From assembly GCA_027064305.1 (NCBI GenBank), contig JAMOPY010000040.1, positions 1-56,564 on the forward strand: 56,564 nt of DNA, in the 5' to 3' direction. Source of the DNA: Methanobacteriota archaeon (GTDB taxonomy: Archaea; JAADCQ01; Methanopyri; Methanopyrales; Methanopyraceae). Below the pieces are notes generated by a model. It had not been told where the DNA came from. It searched no databases and saw nothing but the letters and a program-made list of their open reading frames with translations. The stretch's first letter is position 1, and each line of letters begins with the position of its first letter. Shown here in pieces: positions 8,941 to 18,470 of the stretch. Both the position numbers and the translations under genes were made by a program.

Positions 8941-9492
8941 TTGCACGCGCTCGAGCGCGTCCTACGGCTCCTCCAGGACCTCGAATCCCACCTCGAGGGC
9001 GCCGCCGACCTCCCCGAGCCCGAGCCCATCGCCCGCTTCGCCCTCCAGCGCACCACCCCCCACGACCTCCGCCTCTGCACCGCCATCGTCGAGACCGAAC
9101 TCGAGCTCTGGGAGGACTCCGGCCTCCACGTCCGCCCCGCCCTCCACCCCTACGTCGCCGAACGCCTCGGCGCGTACACCCTCGACGACCGCCTCATCGG
9201 CCGCCTCCTCGACTACCCCGACTGCTGCATCGAACACTTCCTCCAGGGCCGCACCCACTACGACCACGACCCACCCACCACCGTCGTCCTCACCGAGGGC
9301 TTCGTCCCCTGCCGGGCCACCTGCGACCCCGCCCGCCGCGCCCACCTCCTCGAGACCACCGACGACCCCACCCCCTACCGCGAGCTCGAGCGCGAGCTCG
9401 AACAAGCCCTCCACCGCCTCGGCGCCCCCACCTACCACTCCGCCTACCAAGGCTTCTACGAGATCCACCGCCCGGGCGGGCCCCACCCATGA
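8941..9492 (+). CDS. DUF483-like archaeal protein
   Basis: RPALHPYV...GRLLDYPDCC...F and FVPC...C motifs; ATGA overlap with the next gene. Confidence 0.7.
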   Translation: MHALERVLRLLQDLESHLEGAADLPEPEPIARFALQRTTPHDLRLCTAIVETELELWEDSGLHVRPALHPYVAERLGAYTLDDRLIGRLLDYPDCCIEHFLQGRTHYDHDPPTTVVLTEGFVPCRATCDPARRAHLLETTDDPTPYRELERELEQALHRLGAPTYHSAYQGFYEIHRPGGPHP

Positions 9493-10322
9493 AACGCTTC
9501 AAAACCCACGTCCCCGGCCTCGACGACCTCATCGGCGGCGGACTCCCCCACCGCGGCGTCACCCTCCTCCTCGGACCCCCCGGCACCCCCCGCCAACTCC
9601 TCCTCGAGAACGTCCTCTGGAACGCCCTCGAACGCGACCACCGCGTCCTCCTCCTCACCACCGGCACCAGCCCCCACGAACTCCTCCGCCGCGCCGAGGA
9701 GTACGGCCACGACCTCCGCGAACCCCACCAACGCGGCGACCTCACCATCCTCAACGCCTTCAGCATCCGCGCCGGCGTCTACCACCGCACCCTCGGCGAG
9801 ATCGTCCAGGACCTCAACCCACACCGCCTCCGCGACCAACTCCTACAACACGACCACGACCTCCTCCTCATCGACCTCCTCCAACCCATCCACCGCGACG
9901 ACCCCGACCGCTACCTCCACACCCTCACCACCCTCAAGATCGTCGCCCTCGAACGCGACACCACCATCCTCGCCGGCTGCACCTCCGACCTCGCCCAACA
10001 CCACGCCGACCTCCCCGACACCCTCCTCCGCACCGACGCCCACGAACTCCACGGCGCCCTCACCTACAGCCTCCTCCCCCTCACCACCCAACCACCCCAC
10101 CTCCCCAAGTACCGCGCCCCCCTCACCCTCCTCGACGACGGCACCGTCCTCGTCCACCACGACAAGATCCTCGACCCCCACACCGGCGACATCCGCGACG
10201 CCGACGACCACATCGACCGCACCTTCCACGTCCCCCAAGACGTCGCCCGCGACGCCACCGAGGACTCCGACGTCCTCGAAGACCTCGACCAACTCCTCCG
10301 CGAACTCGACGAAGAGGGATGA
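9489..10322 (+). CDS. RecA-superfamily (KaiC/RAD55-like) ATPase with a degenerate Walker A
   Basis: MKRFKTHVPGLDDLIGGGLP...LLLGPPGTPRQ...LLLID; C-terminal part of the 8226..10322 ORF. Confidence 0.8.
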   Translation: MKRFKTHVPGLDDLIGGGLPHRGVTLLLGPPGTPRQLLLENVLWNALERDHRVLLLTTGTSPHELLRRAEEYGHDLREPHQRGDLTILNAFSIRAGVYHRTLGEIVQDLNPHRLRDQLLQHDHDLLLIDLLQPIHRDDPDRYLHTLTTLKIVALERDTTILAGCTSDLAQHHADLPDTLLRTDAHELHGALTYSLLPLTTQPPHLPKYRAPLTLLDDGTVLVHHDKILDPHTGDIRDADDHIDRTFHVPQDVARDATEDSDVLEDLDQLLRELDEEG

Positions 10323-10378
10323 CGACACGGCCACGGGAGGCGACCACACCGGGATGACCGCAACCCGCCCACCCGACC
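10314..10378 (+). ncRNA. Probable box C/D sRNA whose box C contains the ATPase stop codon
   Basis: C GGGATGA (10316-10322), D' GCGA, C' GGGATGA (10351-10357), D CCGA (10373-10376); target not in the window. Confidence 0.6.
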
Positions 10379-10415
10379 GCACCCATTAAACCCCGAAAGC
10401 CGGCACCATCCCCGG

Positions 10416-10496
10416 GGGCGGCCGGGATGACGCGGGGATTAGCCCCAGCTTGAGCCACCCGCGATGATAGGTCCCGAGGGTGCCGACCGGCCGCCC
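10416..10496 (+). ncRNA. Box C/D sRNA targeting the 5' domain of 16S
   Basis: 10-bp terminal stem; C GGGATGA, D' TTGA, C' GCGATGA, D CCGA; guides pair perfectly with 16S 11358-11372 (15 nt) and 11327-11337 (11 nt). Confidence 0.92.
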
Positions 10497-10507
10497 GACC
10501 GCGACAA

Positions 10508-10528
10508 TCGTTACGAAGAACGTAACGA
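10508..10528. repeat. 21-bp palindrome, copy 1 (TCGTTACG AAGAA CGTAACGA)
   Basis: Perfect 8-5-8 inverted repeat just after a C/D sRNA. Confidence 0.85.
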
Positions 10529-10531
10529 CAA

Positions 10532-10594
10532 CCGGGATGACGACTGCCCGCGAAGGGGAGGCCCACCCGATGACCTACCCACCCTTGACCGACC
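10532..10594 (+). ncRNA. Possible box C/D sRNA, antisense to the LAGLIDADG 3' end
   Basis: C GGGATGA (10534-10540), C' CCGATGA (10567-10573), D CCGA (10589-10592); D' is degenerate. Confidence 0.5.
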
Positions 10595-10963
10595 ACGCCT
10601 CCCGCACCCGCTCCAACCCCTCCCGCGACCCGTGCACGCCCGCCTCCAACAGCTCCAACACCCTCCCCAACCGCTCCAACGCGCCCCGCTTCACCACCAC
10701 CCTACCCACCATCAGATCCACGAACCGACGCAGGTCCTCCCGACGGTAGATCTCGAGGTACCACACGCCGTCGCGCCGACGGTACAGGTGCCCCATCCCG
10801 AGCGTCTCACGGATCTCCTCGAGCACCCCCCCCGCTCCTTCTGCACGAAGACCACCTTGGTGGAAACCCGGTAACCCGCCCGGTACCGCCCATCCCGCAC
10901 GAACCGGACCACCACCGACCCCTCACCGTCGAAGAAACCCGCCACGTAGTCCAGCGAGACCAA
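10575..10963 (-). pseudogene. Single-motif LAGLIDADG homing-endonuclease-like gene split by a frameshift in a G8 run
   Basis: MVSLDYVAGFFDGEGSV...FVQKERG continues in another frame as VLEEIRETLGMGHLY...; the break is at the C8 run 10826-10833 on the + strand. Confidence 0.85.
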
Positions 10964-11030
10964 GCGACCGCACCCCCACCGCCCGCGCGCCCACCCCCGA
11001 TAAACCCCGCGATCCCGCCCCGAACCGTAC

Positions 11031-11046
11031 CGAAATCTTCATATAG
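11031..11046 (+). promoter_or_regulatory. Probable 16S rRNA promoter (BRE/TATA)
   Basis: CGAAATC TTCATATA, an AT-rich patch about 165 nt upstream of mature 16S. Confidence 0.55.
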
Positions 11047-11141
11047 AACGACCTTACCGCCCCCGACGGACGCGAGGGAGAGCCCCCCGATGGGGCCCCG
11101 GGCAACCCCGGGGGGAACCACCCCCGGGGCCCCGGGGCCGA

Positions 11142-11179
11142 CGCAAGCCCGCCCCCCGGGGCCGTGACGGCCCCGCCGC
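11142..11179 (+). other. 5' arm of the 16S processing stem (relaxed bulge-helix-bulge)
   Basis: Pairs with 12740-12777 as 21-bp and 10-bp helices around CGTGACG/AACGACA. Confidence 0.85.
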
Positions 11180-11208
11180 GGACCCAAATCCTTGCGGCCG
11201 CCACCCTA

Positions 11209-12724
<1,516 letters not shown>

Positions 12725-12739
12725 AGCGGAGGGGATGAT

Positions 12740-12777
12740 GCGGCGGGGCAACGACAGCCCCGGGGGGCGGGCTTGCG
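12740..12777 (+). other. 3' arm of the 16S processing stem
   Basis: Reverse complement of 11142-11179 except for the BHB-like core. Confidence 0.85.
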
Positions 12778-12804
12778 CGGGGGGCGATGACCTCCTTCCG
12801 AGAA

Positions 12805-12825
12805 TCGTTACGAGTTCCTTAACGA
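12805..12825. repeat. 21-bp palindrome, copy 2 (TCGTTACG AGTTC CTTAACGA)
   Basis: One mismatch to consensus; just past the 16S processing stem. Confidence 0.85.
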
Positions 12826-12828
12826 ATC

Positions 12829-12891
12829 GGGCGTGATGAATCACTCCCCTGCTGAGGGCGCCGCTGATGACTTTTCCTCCGACTGAGCGCC
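12829..12891 (+). ncRNA. Box C/D sRNA with canonical boxes, probably targeting 23S
   Basis: C GTGATGA (12833-12839), D' CTGA, C' CTGATGA, D CTGA (12883-12886); targets AGGGGAGTGA and GGAGGAAAAG resemble conserved 23S domain I sequences (recalled). Confidence 0.9.
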
Positions 12892-12952
12892 GGGATGATC
12901 GCAGTCCCGCAGGCGTACCGCGCCGGATGACGAGCCCTTTTAGGGGTGACCG
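12891..12952 (+). ncRNA. Box C/D sRNA targeting 16S
   Basis: C GGGATGA (12892-12898), C' CGGATGA, D GTGA (12946-12949); guides pair with 16S 11826-11835 and 11751-11761 (one G-U). Confidence 0.75.
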
Positions 12953-12963
12953 CCCCGGGCCAA

Positions 12964-12984
12964 TCGTTACGGATTTCATAACGT
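12964..12984. repeat. 21-bp palindrome, copy 3 (TCGTTACG GATTT CATAACGT)
   Basis: Directly after the last sRNA of the 16S trailer. Confidence 0.8.
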
Positions 12985-13044
12985 TGGATCGCCGGGTTAA
13001 TGGGCGGGGGTGCCGGGCCCGGGTCGGGGCGTCCGGCCTTGTCC

Positions 13045-13488
13045 ATGGTGGACGTGACGGGGAAGCGGGAGCAGGTGCGCATCGCGGAGGCTCGCGGGTT
13101 CCTGAGGCTGTCGGAGGAGGGTGTGGAGGCGCTGAGGAGGCGGGAGTCGCACCCGGAGGGGAAGGGTGACCCGATCGAGGCGGCGAGGTTGGCGGCGATG
13201 CTGGCGGTCAAGCGGACGCCGGAGCTGGTTCCGCACTGTCATCCGGTGCGGATTACGGGGGTCGACGTGGACGTGGAGGTGAAGGAGGATGGAGCGGAGA
13301 TGACGGTGCGGGTGAAGTCGGTGGGTCGGACGGGGGTGGAGATGGACGCGCTCACGGGGTTGGTGGTGGGGTTGGTCACGCTCTGGGACATGGTGAAGTA
13401 CGCGGAGAAGGATGAGGAGGGGCGGTACCCGCACACGAGGATCGAGGACGTGCGGGTGGTGAGGAAGGTCAAGAGGGACGTCGGGTGA
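13045..13488 (+). CDS. moaC: Cyclic pyranopterin monophosphate synthase
   Basis: MVDVTGK, KGD, AVKRTPELVPHCHP, TGVEMDAL, WDMVK. Confidence 0.95.
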   Translation: MVDVTGKREQVRIAEARGFLRLSEEGVEALRRRESHPEGKGDPIEAARLAAMLAVKRTPELVPHCHPVRITGVDVDVEVKEDGAEMTVRVKSVGRTGVEMDALTGLVVGLVTLWDMVKYAEKDEEGRYPHTRIEDVRVVRKVKRDVG

Positions 13489-13513
13489 GTGGTTTTTCCG
13501 CCCGCCTCGTCGC

Positions 13514-14035
13514 CTAGGCCTTGCCTTGGGCGTGGGCGACGGCGTGGGGTAGTAGTTCGAGGAGGAGTTCGGCGCCGAGTTCGGCGGCGTGGGGGGAGCC
13601 GGGGAGGCAGGCGACGGGGGTTTGGTTCACGACGTACATCTCGGCGCGGGTGAGGGCGGCGTGGGCGCCGATCTCCTTCTCGGAGTGGCGGCGGAAGAGC
13701 TCGCCGAAGCCGGGGAGGCGTTTGTCGGCGATGCGTTCGAGGGCTTCGATGGTGGTGTCGGTGGGGGTGATGCCGGTGCCGCCGGTGGTGATGATGGCGT
13801 GGGCGCGTTCGGTGAGCCATTTGACGGCGCCGGTGATCATGTCGGGCTGGTCGGGGGTGAGGAGTCGGTAGCGGACCTCGTGGCCGGCTTCTTCGAGCTT
13901 TCGTTGGAGGGTGTCGCCGGAGGGGTCGTCGGGGTCGTCGCCGCGGGCGGCCTGTTCGAACTTGCTGGTGCTGATGGTGATGATGGCGAGGTGGAGGGTC
14001 TCGGGGGCGTGTTGTAGGTGTTCGTGGAGGGTCAG
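13514..14035 (-). CDS. moaB: Molybdenum cofactor biosynthesis protein MoaB/MogA; apparent CTG start
   Basis: IITISTS, DPSG, TTGGTGITPTD.T.EA, LPGFGELFR, LPGSPHA; no ATG/GTG/TTG near the 5' end. Confidence 0.9.
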   Translation of the reverse strand: MTLHEHLQHAPETLHLAIITISTSKFEQAARGDDPDDPSGDTLQRKLEEAGHEVRYRLLTPDQPDMITGAVKWLTERAHAIITTGGTGITPTDTTIEALERIADKRLPGFGELFRRHSEKEIGAHAALTRAEMYVVNQTPVACLPGSPHAAELGAELLLELLPHAVAHAQGKA

Positions 14036-14061
14036 GGTGGGGTCCCCCGTTGGTCTCGGGG

Positions 14062-15333
14062 TTAGCGTGTTCGTAGGAGGCGTTTGGCGAGGGGTTGGGC
14101 CCAGGTGGCTTCGAGGATGACGCTGAGGAGGATGGTGAGGAAGGTGGCGACGAGGATGGTGCCGGCGAGGGCGTGTGGGGGCATTTGTCGGGTGATGTGG
14201 GGTGGGAGTAGGTGGGGGTGGGTGGTGATCTTGGTGTAGACGGTGCCGACGAGGGCGGCGGGGACGACGCCGCGGGGGCCTTCGAGGGCCAGGTAGAGGC
14301 GCTCTTTCAGGGTGAGGGGTTCCTTGGGGGGCAGGTAGGTGCCGGCGAGGACGCCGAGGGGTCGGGCGAGGAAGATGTTGCCGAGGGCGCAGAGGAGTCC
14401 GCCGAGCCAGTATCGTTTCAGGAGTGGGAGGCTGACGCAGGCGCCGAGGGTGGTGAAGACGATGATGCGGACGACGGTGGAGAGTTCCTCCATGAAGCCT
14501 TTGAGGAATTGGAGGTCCTCTCGGAGGTGCTCGTGTTCGGTGAGTCGGTTGCCGATGTACATGCCCAGGATGGCCACGGCCATGAATCCGCTCAGTTCGT
14601 ACCCGGTGAGGTGGGGTATGGTTTCCTCGCAGAGGTACCAGGTGGCGAGGGCGGCGCCGAGGGTGATGGGGACGACGTACTCCTTGAAGGGTTCTCGGGC
14701 GAGGAGTTGTTCGAGTGCGGCGCCCGCGATCGCGCCGGCGGCGGCGCCGCCGGCGGCGAGGGAGAGGAAGAGGGCGATGGGGTTGTGGTGGGCTCCGATG
14801 CCGATGGTGGAGAGGGAGGTCTTGGTGAGTACGACGCCGAGTGGGTCGTTGAACACGCTCTCGGCGATGAGGGTGGTGGAGATCTCGGCGGGTAGGTCGA
14901 GCTTGGTGAAGACGGGGATGAGGGTGGCGGGGTCGGTGGCGCACGTGATGGCCCCGTAGAGGAAGCCGATGGGGCTGAGGGGGTTCACGTGGAAGGCGAG
15001 GTTGAAGATGAGGGAGGAGAGGGCGGCCGTGATGAGGAGGGTGATGAGGTCGAGCTTGGCGACGAGGGTGGCGACGCGGCGGAGGACGTCGATGCTGATC
15101 TCGAAGCCGCCGTCGAGGAGGATGATGATGAGTCCGACGGTGCCTAGGAAGGGGAAGATTTGCTGGGCGTGTTCGGGTCGGATGATGCCGGTGAGGGGAC
15201 CGAGGAGGAATCCGAGGAGGAGTAGGAAGGGGATGTCGGGGAGTCGGGCTTCCTCGGAGAGTCGGGCGACGATGGCGCCGAGGGTGAGTAGTAGGGCGGT
15301 GTAGCCGAGGAGGGTGAAGAACCCGAACTTCGT
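14062..15333 (-). CDS. nhaP: CPA1/NhaP-type Na+/H+ antiporter; apparent ACG start
   Basis: ATDPATLIP, ESVFNDP, GPRGVVPA; the frame stays open 115 codons upstream of the called GTG and includes LPDIPFLLLLGFLLGP and GLIIILLDGGF. Confidence 0.9.
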   Translation of the reverse strand, partial: TKFGFFTLLGYTALLLTLGAIVARLSEEARLPDIPFLLLLGFLLGPLTGIIRPEHAQQIFPFLGTVGLIIILLDGGFEISIDVLRRVATLVAKLDLITLLITAALSSLIFNLAFHVNPLSPIGFLYGAITCATDPATLIPVFTKLDLPAEISTTLIAESVFNDPLGVVLTKTSLSTIGIGAHHNPIALFLSLAAGGAAAGAIAGAALEQLLAREPFKEYVVPITLGAALATWYLCEETIPHLTGYELSGFMAVAILGMYIGNRLTEHEHLREDLQFLKGFMEELSTVVRIIVFTTLGACVSLPLLKRYWLGGLLCALGNIFLARPLGVLAGTYLPPKEPLTLKERLYLALEGPRGVVPAALVGTVYTKITTHPHLLPPHITRQMPPHALAGTILVATFLTILLSVILEATWAQPLAKRLLRTR

Positions 15334-15352
15334 CGGTGCTCCCCCCGCCGTT

Positions 15353-15916
15353 TTAGGCCTTGGTGCACAGTTTGGCGAAGTTCTTCAGGATGTCGGGGCC
15401 GTACTCGGTGTATTTGAGCTCGGGATGGAACTGGACGCCGTAGAGTGGGAGTTCACGGTGGCGCATGGCCTCGACCTCGCACTTGTCGGAGCGGGCGGTG
15501 ACGAGGAACTCGTCCGGGACCTCCTTGACCTCGTCGCGGTGTGAGGTCCAGGCGGTGATGCGGTCGGGGAGTCCCTCGAAGATGCCCTCGTGGTCGAGGA
15601 TTTCGATCTCGGTGCGGGCGTAGTCTTCGCGGCCGGCGGCCCAGTCGACCCGGCCGCCGAAGACCTCGGCCATGAGCTGATGGCCGAGGCAGATGCCGAG
15701 GATGGGGAGCTCGCCGGCGAGTTCTTCGATGATCTGGGGGGAGTTGCCGGCGCGGTCGCGGGAGGGGCCGCCGCTGATGATGACGCCGTCGGCGCGGCGG
15801 CGGATGTCGTCGGGGTCGGTGGTGTTGGGGACGATCTCGGCGGGGATGTTGAGGTAGTCGTAGTTCTTGCGGATGAGGTGGACGTACTGGCCGTGGTTGT
15901 CGACGATGAGGATCAA
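15353..15916 (-). CDS. guaAA: GMP synthase glutamine amidotransferase subunit
   Basis: VDNHGQY, ISGGP, PILGICLGHQL, SHRDEV, GVQFHPE. Confidence 0.95.
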   Translation of the reverse strand: MILIVDNHGQYVHLIRKNYDYLNIPAEIVPNTTDPDDIRRRADGVIISGGPSRDRAGNSPQIIEELAGELPILGICLGHQLMAEVFGGRVDWAAGREDYARTEIEILDHEGIFEGLPDRITAWTSHRDEVKEVPDEFLVTARSDKCEVEAMRHRELPLYGVQFHPELKYTEYGPDILKNFAKLCTKA

Positions 15917-15931
15917 GCGGGGGTGGGTCCC

Positions 15932-17158
15932 CTAGGCGAGTTCGACGTCGGAGCCGGCCATCTTGACGCCGGTGATGCGGGCGACGTCCTCGGAGAGGGC
16001 GCGGAGGTCCTCCTTCTCGAGGTTGTGCACGTCGGTCTTGCCGGCGAGTTGGGCGAGCATCTTACACTCCTCGGTGATGACCTTGAGGTAGTTGGCGACG
16101 CGTTCGGCGGCCTCGTCGACGTCGAGGTTCTTGCGGAGTTCGGGGTCCTGGGTGCAGATGCCCTTGGGGCACTTGCCGGTGTGGCACTGCATGCAGGCGG
16201 TGCAGCCCATGGCGATGAGGACGCCGGTGCAGACGTACACGGCGTCGGCGCCGAGGGCGAGGGCCTTGGCCACGTCGGCCCCGTCGCGGATGCCGCCGGA
16301 GATGATGATATCGACCTCGTCGCGGAGTCCGAGCTCGTTGAGGGCCTCGACGGCCTGGACGAGGGCTGCGATGGTGGGGATGCCGGCGTTCTCGGTGGCG
16401 ATCTCGGGGGAGGCGCCGGTCCCGCCCTGCATGCCGTCGATCGCGATGATGTCGGCGCCGGCCTTGGCCGCGATCTTGACGTCCTCCTTGACGCGGCCGG
16501 GGCTGTACTTGACGATGATCGGGACCTTCCAGTCGGTGATCTCGCGGAGCTGCTCGATTTTCATCTTGAGGTCCTCAGGCCCGACGATGTCCATGTGCCG
16601 GGCCGGGGAGAGCGCGTCGGTGCCCTCGGGGATGCCGCGGATCTCCGCGATCTCCTTGGTCACCTTTTCGCCCATGAGGTGGCCGCCCATGCCGGGCTTG
16701 GCGCCCTGTCCGATCTTGATCTCGATCGCGTCCGCGGCGTTGAGGTACTCGGCGGACACGCCGAAGCGGCCGGACGCGTACTGGGCGATGAGCCACTCGG
16801 CCTCCTCGCGCTCCTCGGGGAGCATGCCGCCCTCGCCGGTGTTGGTCGCGGTCCCGACCTTGGCGGTGCCTCGGGCGACCGCGATCTTGGCCTCCCGGCT
16901 CAGGGCGCCGAAGGACATCGCGCCGACGAGGACGGGCGTGTCCAGCTTGAGGGGCCGCTCGGCGAACCGGTCCCCGAGCACGGTCTTGGTCCGGCACGGC
17001 TCCCGGTACTTGTCGATGGGCGGGCGGGAGACCTGGGCGGGTACGATGACCAGGTCGTCGAAGTGCGGGACCTTGCGGCTCGTGCCGAACCCTCGGACCA
17101 CGTACTGCCCGGTCTCGGCCTTCTGCTGGATCTCCTTCACGTGGTCACGCCACCACAC
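15932..17158 (-). CDS. Archaeal glutamate synthase FMN-binding subunit
   Basis: AMSFGALS, NTGEGG, QYASGRFGV, EIKIGQGAKPGMGGHL, GCTACMQCHTGKCPKGICTQ. Confidence 0.95.
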   Translation of the reverse strand: MWWRDHVKEIQQKAETGQYVVRGFGTSRKVPHFDDLVIVPAQVSRPPIDKYREPCRTKTVLGDRFAERPLKLDTPVLVGAMSFGALSREAKIAVARGTAKVGTATNTGEGGMLPEEREEAEWLIAQYASGRFGVSAEYLNAADAIEIKIGQGAKPGMGGHLMGEKVTKEIAEIRGIPEGTDALSPARHMDIVGPEDLKMKIEQLREITDWKVPIIVKYSPGRVKEDVKIAAKAGADIIAIDGMQGGTGASPEIATENAGIPTIAALVQAVEALNELGLRDEVDIIISGGIRDGADVAKALALGADAVYVCTGVLIAMGCTACMQCHTGKCPKGICTQDPELRKNLDVDEAAERVANYLKVITEECKMLAQLAGKTDVHNLEKEDLRALSEDVARITGVKMAGSDVELA

Positions 17159-17311
17159 CCGCGGCCGCCCCCGGGGAGCGTTCCGCGTTCACCCGGGGGG
17201 AGGGTGTTTTAAACCGGTCGGGAGTCCTCGGGCCGGGGAGGAGCGCCCCGCGGGCCCGATCGCGACCACAGGTTTTTTAAGTCCGGTCCGGAGGGGGCGG
17301 GACCGGGGGGA

Positions 17312-17388
17312 GGCCCCGCAGTCTAGCCTGGATAGGACGCGGGCCTGCGGAGCCCGTAGCCCGGGTTCAAATCCCGGCGGGGCCACCA
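17312..17388 (+). tRNA. tRNA-Arg(GCG) with genomic C8 and encoded CCA
   Basis: GGCCCCG/CGGGGCC acceptor stem, anticodon GCG 17347-17349, TTCAAAT T-loop, C at position 8 (17319); TATA TTTTTTAA at 17273-17280. Confidence 0.97.
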
Positions 17389-17397
17389 GTCGGCGCA

Positions 17398-17418
17398 TCG
17401 TTACGATTATCGTAACTA
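17398..17418. repeat. 21-bp palindrome, copy 4 (TCGTTACG ATTAT CGTAACTA)
   Basis: 9 nt after the tRNA CCA; overlaps the rimI stop. Confidence 0.85.
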
Positions 17419-17895
17419 TTTTCGCAGCCGCTTGACCATGATGACGGCCGTCTCCCCGTCCTGGTAGTACCCCGGTTCCCGCCGCTCCACCCGGTACCCC
17501 AGCCGCTCGTAGAACCGGCGCGCGGGGAAGTTGGACTCCCGCACCTCCAGCCGCACCACGTCGCACCCGCGCTCCCGGATCCGGCGCTCCGCCTCCCGCA
17601 TGAGGATCGTGCCGATCCCGCACCGCCGGTGCTCCGGGTGTACGGCGATGGAGACGATGTGACCCTCGTTCAGCCACCTCCGGACCTCGAAGATGACGTA
17701 CCCGACCACGCGCCCGTGCACCTCCGCCACCAGGAAACCCTCCGGGTTGTTGGACAGGGTGTACAGGAAGACGTAGGTGGGGTAGGGGGACTTCGGGAAC
17801 GCCAGCTCCTCGATCTCGGTGATCTCGGGGATGTCCCGCCGGTGCGCCCGGCGCACCCGGACGCGACGTCCCCGGCGGTCCACGTACTCGATCAC
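17416..17895 (-). CDS. rimI: RimI/Ard1-like N-acetyltransferase
   Basis: GHIVSIAVHPEHRRCGIG, LEVRESN..A..FY..LGY, YYQDGE. Confidence 0.9.
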   Translation of the reverse strand: MIEYVDRRGRRVRVRRAHRRDIPEITEIEELAFPKSPYPTYVFLYTLSNNPEGFLVAEVHGRVVGYVIFEVRRWLNEGHIVSIAVHPEHRRCGIGTILMREAERRIRERGCDVVRLEVRESNFPARRFYERLGYRVERREPGYYQDGETAVIMVKRLRK

Positions 17896-18470
17896 TCCTT
17901 CCGGCAACGCTCCAACCACCATCGGCGCACGCGCTTCAGCAGGGTCTGGGCGCATCGGTCGCAGAAGTTCGGGGACTTCCGGTCCACGTGCATCACGGTG
18001 CTGGAAAAGCTCATCACGCACCGGGGATCGTCGCAGTGCTCCAGGCCGAAGGTGTGGCCGAGCTCGTGCGTGACCTCCTTCACGACCCGTTCCAGGTAGC
18101 GGTCTCGATCCTCGTCCAGCAGCCGGGCCACCGAGACCACGGCCTCACGGCCGTTCACTCGGGCCAGCCCGAAGATGAAGTTCAGCCCGGGCTCGTACAG
18201 GTCCTCGCGCGTGAGCCCTACGATCCGGTGGCACCGTCCGTCCACCTCGGTGAGCCGCTCGAGCAGGGCCTTCCCGAGGTACTGGCCGCGCGCCTCGGAG
18301 TACGCGTCCTCGGGCAGGCTCGCCCTGAGCTCCCGGATCTCCAGGGGCCCGAGGTACCGTCGAAGGTGCCGGGACAGCCGGTCCCGGATCTCGGGGAACC
18401 TCGGGATCGGTTCCCCCATCTCCACGAGCCCGAGGATCAGCCGGGACGTCCCGCCCCCGGTCATCTCCAC
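17892..18470 (-). CDS. amzA: Archaemetzincin zinc protease
   Basis: RGQY, LNFIFGLA, KEVTHELGHTFGLEHCDDPRCVMSFS...FCDRC. Confidence 0.93.
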   Translation of the reverse strand: MEMTGGGTSRLILGLVEMGEPIPRFPEIRDRLSRHLRRYLGPLEIRELRASLPEDAYSEARGQYLGKALLERLTEVDGRCHRIVGLTREDLYEPGLNFIFGLARVNGREAVVSVARLLDEDRDRYLERVVKEVTHELGHTFGLEHCDDPRCVMSFSSTVMHVDRKSPNFCDRCAQTLLKRVRRWWLERCRKE

